From assembly GCA_027923505.1 (NCBI GenBank), contig BROI01000003.1, positions 1,054,001-1,118,000 of the forward strand: a stretch of DNA of 64,000 bases, in the 5' to 3' direction. The position numbers and the translations under genes were made by a program. The stretch's first letter is position 1. Each line of letters opens with the position of its first letter. The stretch is from Mayamaea pseudoterrestris. Lineage: Eukaryota. A model generated the notes under the pieces. That model was not told where the DNA came from. It worked only from the letters and a program-made list of their open reading frames with translations, and ran no database searches. Positions 11,500 to 21,562 of this stretch are shown here, piece by piece.

Positions 11500-12400
11500 A
11501 AGCCTCTAGACTAGATGAAGTCTAGTCTTCACAAGGCCTGCAGAAGCCTTGGTTGAATCAGGAGTGCCCCCATCAACCACAGTTGCTGAGGTTCGACATG
11601 TCCTAGCTACACCCTTGCCCAATTTCTTGCCCTTGCCACTCTTGCGAGTGCTCGCACCACCAGTGTTGTGGTCTCCATTGGACCCGACTCTGTCTCCATC
11701 CCTTGACGGTAACTCATTGGAATGAGGCGTTCTTCTTTCCTTGTCCCAAATAGTGTGTCAGAAAATAAGTGCTTTCTTGGCATTCCTGTCAGTTAAATAG
11801 CTCATCAGCAAAGGAGGAATGAGTGGAACTTTTGCATTGCCAGAACTCGTGCCTTTGCCACCATTTGTAGCCCGTTGCGCCTTCGTTCTAGACGAACCAG
11901 TTTCTCCTTGCTTGCGCTGTGATGCCTCAACTGCAATATACTGTTTGCGCTTTTAAATTGCATACACAATATTGTTGAACGTCATGTTTGCCCTAGCTTT
12001 CAGATTCCAAATAACAATCCTGTAATCAGGATTTGTAATGCCAGCAAGAACATCTGTCTTCTTCGTGTGATCCGTCATGGCCTCACCAAGCTTTGCAGGC
12101 TTGTCAGTCGACAGAATAAATGTGTTGATATACACGCTAGCTGAATGATCTCCATTGTAAGCAACAATCTTGAGCTTGGTTTGATGGTGGTCAATGAAAG
12201 TTGTTGATGTCTCGCCAGAGCCATACCATTCCTTAAGCGTTTCCCAAGCCACATGCCCACCTTGCCCTTTAATCTTTGTGACCAAATGTTGCGCAAGACC
12301 AGTGTGAACCACGCGAATAAGCATTGCATAGAACTTTTTGTTTTGTACTTGCAAGGCAGCATTTCTTTCAGGAGGTCATCTGCTGCAGCGTCACCTTCGT
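11500..12400 (-). pseudogene. Decayed Copia (CoDi-type) gag fragment of an older minus-strand element
   Basis: NKKFYAML...GHVAWETLKEWYG...SASVYINTF resembles diatom Copia gag; broken by stops and frameshifts; boundaries approximate. Confidence 0.55.
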
Positions 12401-12405
12401 CTCAA

Positions 12406-15400
12406 TGTTGACAAGTCGCAGAGCGGCAAAGTCAAGAGCCCAAACCCTATTTAGCTTGTGTCAAGTCCGCAGCTGTCGTATGTGACATGTGAATGAAGAA
12501 AGTGCGCAACCAATATGTGGATGCATTGTATGAATGGAACGACTGATTACGACTGATGTAATGTGATTGAAAGAAATGGATTGATCGGATGATCTTCCGA
12601 GTGGTCGATGTAGCAATGTAGCGATAAGCTCACAATATAGAACTACTGGTTTGTGACGAGAGTGCAGTCGTATTCATGTAGTGGTGAGCGCAAGACTATT
12701 AGACAAGCTATCTCCATCAAGAGCTGTACAGACCGTGGCCAAGGACCCTGTATCGGAGCTTTTTGGAGGTAAGACATTGACTGCGAAATCATCAACGGTG
12801 TTAGATTAACATTTCCGTGCTTTAAGAGCGAGAATGAGCAACGGAGCTATCGTGACACATTCATCTGCAGCGAGTCCAATTTCTCTGATCAACCTCCACC
12901 ATGACAACGATCGACCAAACGACCTACAAGCGTGCCATCGGTAAAGTCCTTGACATTCCGTGGCTTGCTACCAAAGCATTGGATTTAAATGACCCTACCA
13001 CTATTTGTTTTAAGGCAGAAGAACTCATGACTGCGGAGGCGATGGCCAAGTTGTCAGATCAAGACATTACAAACATCAAGAATCAGTATCATTGGTCAAC
13101 ACTACAAACGAGCCGATTGCGCAAGCTCCTGGGATGGATCCACGAGCAACGTCGGACAACTGCGCAATGGCAAGACCTTGAGAAGGATATGATTATTGAG
13201 CGACAGCTACCAGTAGCACCGGCGTCACCGACCGCAGGCAACCGCAGTTTTGGTGACTTCAGCGTTATTGGCGGCAATGACCATACGGCGAAACGACATG
13301 ACATCAAGTTGGATCTGAAGACCATGCTAGAGCTCAAGAACAATTGCAAATTTTGCTCTTACTGGTGGGCCTTCAAGAACCGCATGTGAAGCAAACGACT
13401 TGGCTACTTTTGGGACGACGAGTACATTGCACCAGCTGCACTTGACCCTGAGTTCCCTGAGTATCAGTATCAGTGTTCCAAGCTTTAGCGGCGCTCGAGT
13501 ACACCTGCAAGACACCACAGAGCAAGCTCATTGTTTGTAAGCATATCGACAACGCAAACGCCACAGCATGCATTGCAGAGTTGGAAGTGACATTCATGCA
13601 TGGGATGGCGCGCAAGTAAAATCTACGTTTGGCCAAGGACGAGTGGCGTAATTTCACCCTTGAAGCAGACTACGCCAAGTCTCTCGTCAGTTGGCTCATC
13701 CAGTGGTCCAGCAAGGAAGAAAGCTACAATGACTACGCTGAGGAAACCGTGCTACTTACGAACAGTACAAAGCGTCAGATTTTGGAACGTGCCATTTTCC
13801 GTCACGCGGATATGGCAGCGGCAGTGAACATGGCATTGCTCAAAGAGTCCAAGACCGTGGACCCCATGGTGTACACCCAGTTTTGGAATCTCCTGAACAA
13901 CATTGCGTGTCAATCCGACAATCATTGTGGTATCGAGGAGACTGAGAAGCGCCAACAAACCAAACCAAGCAAACCATGAAAGAGAAGGAGAAGATGAAGA
14001 AAGCAAGCGCAAACAATTCCCAATCTACGCCAAGTAGCAGCAACAATCAGCAATCTGGTCAGGGTGGTGGCGGTCGTGGTGACTTGAGCACTGGACAAGG
14101 CGGTGGTGGTGATTGTGGTTGGGGAGACAATCGTTTGTACATTTGCAGCTATGCCGACACGAAGATGATCAAAGTTCCAAGCGATGTGAATGCAACGATT
14201 CCACCAAACACGTGGCGACTCCTTACCCGCCATCAGCAACATGAAGTGTTTGAACGCCGTGGTACGAGTCGAGCGGCCAGTGCTGCAGGTGGTTCATCAT
14301 CAGCAACACAGGCAGGCACCATGCAGACGACGAGTACACAGCACAACGCAAACATTGCAGCCACTTCATCAGTGGCAACAACGGCGAGTGCAGCAACCGA
14401 GCGTGTGAATAACACCAGCCATGGCTCAGCGATGCAAAGTTTCTTAGGCCCAGACCAGCCCACAATTACGACTCGGGGAGCAAACATTGCTCAGAGTCAC
14501 AAGTACAAAGTCGCAAGCATTGATTTGGATAAGCATTTAGCGTCAACTGTTGATCCCGGCGCCAGTGGCGGGGTATGGGGAGCGGATGGCCGCATTCTCA
14601 CCAAGGACAAATTCCACAAGATTGAAGTCACCGGAGTTAGTGGTCTCAAACTTCCGGACCTGTCTACCGTCACAGCAGTCGCCAAGCTTAAGAGCACCAA
14701 GGGTTGGGTCATTGGCGAGTTTCAGAACTATGCGTATTCTGGAACCGGAAAGACAATTCATTCAAGTATGCAGATGGAAGCCTTCGGACTTCATGTCAAC
14801 GACAAGCATTACAACTTTGGTGGCATGTTACGAATCGAAACGCCAGATGGGTACAAGTTTATGCTCGGAATGGAGAGCGGCATGGCAACATTGCCAATGT
14901 TTCCAGTATCAACGCATGAGCTTCACACCTTGCCTCGAGTCATGATGACCTTCGATGGGCCTTGGGATCCGAATGAGTTTGACGTCGAGCCGGATGAGGA
15001 CGACGACTTTAACCTTTTGGATGACGATGACGACAATGACATACCGGACTTGTTGTCACGCGATGCAGACGACAAGGACAGTGACGACAAAGAAGGCTTC
15101 ACACGTGTGACCCATTCGCGTACGCAAAATTGCACCCAATGTGAGAGCAATGTGGCTTATTTGAACATTGGACATGACAATCAACCTGTTTACACCGAGA
15201 AGGAGCTGAATGTGTGTGCCGCAGTACAGAAGTAGAATGCGAACCTCGTCTATCAGCCCTATAAGTTGATCCTGCCAAAGAAACCTGATTTCGGCGCATT
15301 GTTGCTGAACTTTGCATGGTGCCCAGCGCAGACGATCAAGGATACTTTGCGCCACAGCACGCAGTTCAACATGCACGAGCGCCGATACCCCCCACAAATG

Positions 15401-18400
15401 CATCGAAAGAGTTGATTCCTGAACGTCTACCATCTAGATGATTGAGTGGCCCATGACTCTATGTTCTTCAACAAACCAGCCATGGATGATCATATCAACG
15501 GACATGCAGGGTGCACAGTCGTGCAGCAATTCTATGGTTGCCGCAGTCAGATCATTGTCGTGTACCCCATGCGGGCAAAAGGTGACGTACCAAAACGATT
15601 CCGTGATTTCATCCGCGAGTTTGGAGCTCCGTTGGAAGTCTTCTCGGATAATGTGAAAGAAGCGATGAGTGCCGAGTTTGACAAAGTAATGCGCAAGTTC
15701 ATGATTCGCCATTGTCATACATCAGAGCCATACTATCAGAATCAAAATCCAGCTGAGCGCATCATCGGGCATGTGATGGAAAGTCATGAATGACTTATGG
15801 ACCAAACGGGCACTCCGGCATGTTTCTGGCTACACGCTTTACTCTTTCAGACCGAGATGTACCATCATTTGTCACATCCAGCCTTGGACGGCAAGTCTCC
15901 CATTGAGTTTATCACTGGGCAAGTTCCCGATGTGTTGAAGTATCTGCTTTTTCATTGGTTTGAAAATGTCAACTACTTTGTCAAGGATGTTGAGGCCCCT
16001 GGCACCCGCCAGTGAGCGGCGTATTGGCTTGGCCCCAACACAATGTGCGGAGATGACTTGACGTACTTCATCTGCAATTGCAAGACACACGAGATCATGA
16101 CGTGATCAGTTTGCTTACCACAAAACGACCCAAAATTTCGGAACCTTTGCGTACCGGCACCTGCTTCCCCAGTCATGAAAGAAGGGGAGCCACGTCTCTA
16201 TACCATACCAGGTCTAGGTGGCGAGATCCTTATGCCGGAAATGATCAAGAAGATTACTGAAGCTGACAGCAGAGACGATGATTCTTTCATTCCTGACAAA
16301 GATGATGCACCTCCGTTGGAGTTGGTGGAAAACCCTGAAGACAATGATATGACCGACGGGGAGCATCAACCTGCCCAAGACAACGACAAGCCCAAGAAGA
16401 AGAACATCAATCCGTGGCGCAAACTCCCAAAGTATGCACCCGATGAACTTATCGGCAAGTCGTTTCTCATGAAGACGGACGACGGGCAAGAAGTTCGAGC
16501 GACCGTCATGAGCAAGCTGAACAACCGCGACGCCCAGAACCATCAGAACATTAAGATGATGTTGAAGCTTGGTAACGGCAAAGTGGATGAAGTCATGTCC
16601 TATGTCAAGGTTTCCGATCTCTACAAGAACAAAGTTAACCAAAACATGGCGAATCCTGAGCGTAAGTGGTTCTTCAAGGAGATCCTGGATCATCAGAGTC
16701 CGTTGATGAGCAAGTCGAAGAAGTGAAAGCACTCCAAGTGGAACGTCCTCACACAGTGGGATGATGGATCCAAGCTTTGGGAGCCTCTCAATGCAATGAT
16801 TGAAAGCGACAAGGTATCAGTGGCAGCCTACGCGCAGAAGCATGATCTTCTTGGCAAGGATGGATGGGCATTGTTGAATTGATGGGCCAGGAACGCCAAG
16901 AAGGTTGCGCGCAAGGTGGCGACCACCCAAACGGAGCAGCAAAAGAATGGACCACGCTACAAGTTTGGAGTCCAAGTACCCCAAGACTGGAGGAAGCGCG
17001 ACGTTTGCAGGAAACTGCAGGGCACACAAAGTGGACGGATGCGGAAGGAGTGGAGCCTGCAAACCTGGATGAGTACAAGACATTTTAAGATCTTGGTCTG
17101 AGTTCTACCACGACACCACCAACTGGTTACCAAAATGTCTGAGTCCATTTTGTGTACGATGTCAAGCACGATTTGCAATACAAGGCACGTCTTGTTGCAG
17201 GCGGCCACATGACAAAAGACAACAACAATGCCTACTCCAGTGTTATCTCATTGAAGGCAATGCATCTAGCTCTTGCTATTGGAGAAGCGAACGGCAAGAC
17301 GTGCATGGTCAGTGACGTTGGGAACACTTATCTCGAAGTGTTTACCAAGGAAAGGGTATACTTTGTTGCGGGTCCCGAGTTCGGGGAGTGCGAAGGACAC
17401 ATCCTGGTCATTGTCAAGGCTGTGTATGGACTGCAAACGAGCGGAGCACAATTTCACAAACACCTAGCCAATGCCCTACTTGCAGAAAGGTGGAAGCCAT
17501 CCTATTGCGATTCCAATTTATGGATCAAGAACACCGGTGACAGCTACAACTACCTCTGTGTTTGGGTCGACGATCTGTTGAACATTTCAGACAATCCAGC
17601 AGCGTTCTTCAAGAAGCTAGAGGAGAAGTACAAGTTTAAGCTCAAGGGTGTTGGACATCCTGAGTATCATCTTTGTGGTGACCTTGGTTGCAATCCTGAT
17701 GGAACTCTTTACTGGTTGGCTAAGACCTACGTTGTGAAACTCTTGGCGCAGTACGAGCGTTTGTTTGAAGGTCCTCCGGAGATGTATTCATCACCAATTG
17801 ACAAAGATGACCATCCAGAACTTGACCAAAGTGAACTACTGAACAACCAAGAGAAGAAGATTTATCAGTCTCTCGTCGGAGCACTTCAGTGGGCGATTAC
17901 TTTGGGATGATTTGACATTGCCCTAGCAGTTGTGAGCCTGTCGCAATTCCGTGTGGAGCCACGCAAGGGATACATGCAGCGAGTGAAGCGCGCCTGTGGA
18001 TATTTGCGAGAGTCACCAGACGCAGCAATCCGTTTCCGTATGAAGTGGCCAGCCAACAAGGAGCACTTTGGTACCATGGAGGAACAAAATTGGGAGCGCA
18101 GCATATACGATACGGGAAGGATGGAGTTGATGAGATGTTGGACATCTACCCAACCTCAAAGGGTGTGACTGTACGAACATCAACTTTTGAGGATGCGTGT
18201 CTCATGCATTGCATGGTGACGGGCAAGTCATTGGAAGGAGTTTTGTCATTTGTCAACCAGGTGCCTGTCGACTGGCATTGCAAACTCCAGGCTACTGTTG
18301 AGACTGCAACCTTTGGATTGGAGTTTGGCGTAGCAAAGAGTGGAACAGATGTTGGACGTCTACCCAACCTCAAAGGGTGTGACTGTACGAACATCAACTT

Positions 18401-18860
18401 TCGAGGATGCGTGTCTCATGCATTGCATGGTGACGGGCAAGTCATTGGAAGGAGTTTTGTCATTTGTCAACCAGACGCCTGTTGACTGGCATTGCAAACT
18501 CCAGGCTACTGTCGAGACTGCTACCTTTGGATTGGAGTTTGGCGTAGCAAAGAGTGGAACAGATATCAGCATTTCTCTACGTGCGTCGCTTGTGGCTATG
18601 GGCGTACCATTGGAGAAGTCTGCCTGGATGTACAGAGACAACCAAGCAGTGATTTATGCAATCGACAATCCCAATTCAAAATTTTCCAAGTGACACAATG
18701 CGTTGGCCTACCATCGTGTTCGTTGCGCAGTCGCTGCGGGGATTATCAAGTTTGTGAAGCTTGATGGAAAGAAGAACATTGCGGATGTACTTACCAAGTA
18801 CCTGCCTTACTGTGATGCAATGCCATTGCTCAAGCCAGTTTTATTTTGGCGGTGATACAT
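12406..18860 (+). mobile_element. Decayed Ty1/Copia (CoDi-type) retrotransposon, gag-pol broken by many stops and frameshifts; 3' LTR not found
   Basis: Gag fragments 12901-13979; protease-like VDPGASGG; integrase FSDNVKE, QNPAER; RT YDVKHD..KARLVAGGH, DVGNTYL, WVDDLL; RNase H VTGKS, VETATFGLEF, DNQAV, NIADVLTK. Candidate 5' LTR 12406-12811 (TGTT...AACA). Confidence 0.9.
18133..18564 (+). repeat. 214-bp tandem duplication inside the RNase H region of the decayed Copia
   Basis: Copies start at 18133 and 18347; AGAT microhomology at the junctions; about 7 substitutions between copies. Confidence 0.92.
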
Positions 18861-18869
18861 CGATGCGGT

Positions 18870-19156
18870 GTGAAGGACAAGAATGCAGCTACCGGCGAGG
18901 AGTTGATCATTGCCATAATTGTCAGCAGAGTCAGGTCTTGACCTTGTGCGACGTACTTGGAAATACTCACCAAACGTCCAACGATCAGTATTCCAGTAGA
19001 AACAGGTAGAATTTCCCAAATGTCTTTAAACGTTTGGCTTAATAGATCATTTGCATTGTTAACACCTGCTGCTGTTGAAGCTGCAACCTGCTCGTCTGTC
19101 AGACCGACACAGGCACAAACGACTTGTCCCATTCTCCTGTAATATCTCAATGACAT
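18870..19156 (-). pseudogene. Probable N-terminal gag fragment of the older minus-strand Copia
   Basis: GLTDEQV...GVNNANDLL..TFKDI..IL resembles a CoDi gag N-terminus; same strand as the 11.5-12.4 kb fragment; iMet-PBS-like GTATCAGAG on the minus strand near 19446-19454. Confidence 0.4.
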
Positions 19157-21157
19157 AAGCGTTTGGAAATAGTTGTTGCAAACTACGTCTCATAAGCTGA
19201 TGAGTCCTAGTTGAATTTGTAGAGCTACATGAGTCAATTGGCCCAATGACGGGCCCAACACAGTGTCGTCTCCTTGCCTAAACCGCCAAAATCGGTCGGT
19301 ATTTTCGTACGACGTATTGCGGTATCGTGCGAAGTCACACCGAATACCGCTGAGCCAGTAGTATCCGTTGGTTCACCCAAATCATTAGCTATCCTACTCA
19401 ATTCAATTCACGCCTCTCGTGCTGCTCAATTGCTGGATGCATGGACTCTGATACTCTGTCGCTCTTTAACAGTAAGCTTAAGTAGATGCAGCTGTATTTT
19501 GTGATTACATTCACTCTGGTGCTTGGCATCATATAATTAGCTAGCACAGGAATGCATCCTACTTTGATAGCTTGAACTAGAACTTGTCTTATACACAGCT
19601 AAGGCATAATGGGTTACTTTTGTTTCTGACGAAACGAGGACTTCGAAAGCTTGTAATTTGATGGCTTCCATTGCTGCCATGATTCGTTAAAAAACCCATC
19701 TCTTTCTTCCGCGGTTGGAACAACCCATCCCTGTTTACTGACAATAGTACTTTTTGGAGGAACACCCTTGACAAGAAATCTTAGACGTATCTCGTCTGTC
19801 ACCTTGAATGTTTTTGGGTCGTCCCGACCTTCTTTTAGCTGAAAAGCAAGGCAGTCTACCATTCGGTTGCGCTCAAAATATGCAGTAATGACATCATAGG
19901 TTTGAAACGAAGTTGCATTCGGAAGGAAAACAGCTATGGTGGGCCGTCCACTGTTGATGTTAATTCCTTGTTTCAACCCGTCCCAACTGATACAACTGCA
20001 AAAGTGCATGTTTGCAACAATAGGATCAAAAGGATTGAAAGCAACTTCAACTGACGGATCCAGAGTCCAATTCTTAGGCAGCCATTCGTCATAGGGCAGT
20101 CGAGCAATGCTTCGAGCAAGATAGGTGAGACCAAATAGATATTCAAATGTCTTACCGGGTCCTCCTCCATAAATCTGTAAGCAGTTGCATAGTTCAACAA
20201 CGCTTTTCTTGGCATCGTTCAGCCAGTGGCCTTCCAAAAGGTGCGTGTGCTCAAGCACGAACTGGAGCATGGACGGCACCCAGCTTGTTTTGGAGTTTTG
20301 GGTTGAATATGTCTTGGCCAATTGTCCATTAATGCGCCCTGTCGCAAGGAAGATCTGCAGCTCTGTTGGAAGTTGTTCAGTGCTACCCGTGACGACTGAA
20401 TGGAGGATCGATGAGACACCCGCTTCTCTCTGCGCAATCGTCCTCTCGTTGAAAACTTTGACCGCATTTTGATGCTTCAATGCGATGGCCATTTTAGCAG
20501 GCCCACCAAGGATCATACCGGGTAAAAAGCCATGGCAGACAACTTCATGATCCCCGTCTATATGTGGATCTAGATGACTCAGGATATCGTAGTAATTATC
20601 GACCAGTGGAAGTGACTTGACATGAATACGTCGATGGTCGCCTGGCGCTCGACGGTGGCTAAACAGCGGATTGAGCAGGTAGGAATCGACAATGTCCCGA
20701 TATAGACGTGCTTGCTGGATGAGATGTGATGAAAAAACAACGTACCGGCCCTCGGTCGATAGAAAATTGTTTTGAATAAATTCACCGAGCATGTAGGCTT
20801 GAGCTATGTTGGTGTCCACCTCTAAACTATCAAGGTCGTCAACCAGTAGAATGACACGATGATCGTCGAGCCACGTTTCTATGAGTGATTGGTCGATGTA
20901 GTAGTTCTTTTGGCGGAAAGAGTGGTAGGCACGTTTGTCATGAAGGTCACCGTCGCTAAGCTCCGATTTCGCTGAAGCTGCAAAGGCGATGCGTTGTAAG
21001 AGGGCTTGTTGCATATCATGGCGATCGTCAGGTACAATGGGTGTCATTGAATATTCACTGAACGTCACAAAGAGTACACCGACAGGGTGCGCCTTATCGC
21101 GAATCAGTTCGTTCGCGATCATTTCTAGCGTTCTTGTCTTGCCGCTGAGGCTGCACC

Positions 21158-21562
21158 TGTGAAGCAGCCTTTGGCATTTGATGCTCGACACCCTGCCGCC
21201 CGGCGTTCGAGCGCGACGAGCCTCGCTAAGCAAGGCGTTCCGTCCTAACAAAGCCCTGCGTTTGCCTTGCGCGGTCGTGACAAGTGCGTCCTGCCTCTAA
21301 ATAGACTTGGATACTTAAGGAAATGTCACTTGGCGAGCCAGTCACGCCAGCGTGTTGGCGACTCAACAGCTCCTTCCACGGTGCTGGTTTCGATCCTTTT
21401 TGCCTCACACCCCTTGACCGACGAGCATCTCCTGCCTCTTCTGTCTCCTTTTGTTGCTCCTCTGCTCCTTTAACCATCTAAACAAGCCTTTATCATGTAC
21501 TTTGGAAACGCTAGCCAGTCTCTAACTAGTAGCCGCTCGCTCGGAGCACCCCAAGCTTCAAA
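21158..21562 (+). repeat. 5' LTR of the Gypsy element
   Basis: TGTGAAGC...GCTTCAAA; direct repeat of 30667-31071. Confidence 0.95.

Noticed and set aside
18856..19300. 3' LTR or TSD for the plus-strand decayed Copia
   Set aside because: No repeat of 12406-12811 and no PPT found by eye
21226..21477. 83-aa ORF duplicated at 30735-30986
   Set aside because: Simply LTR sequence present twice
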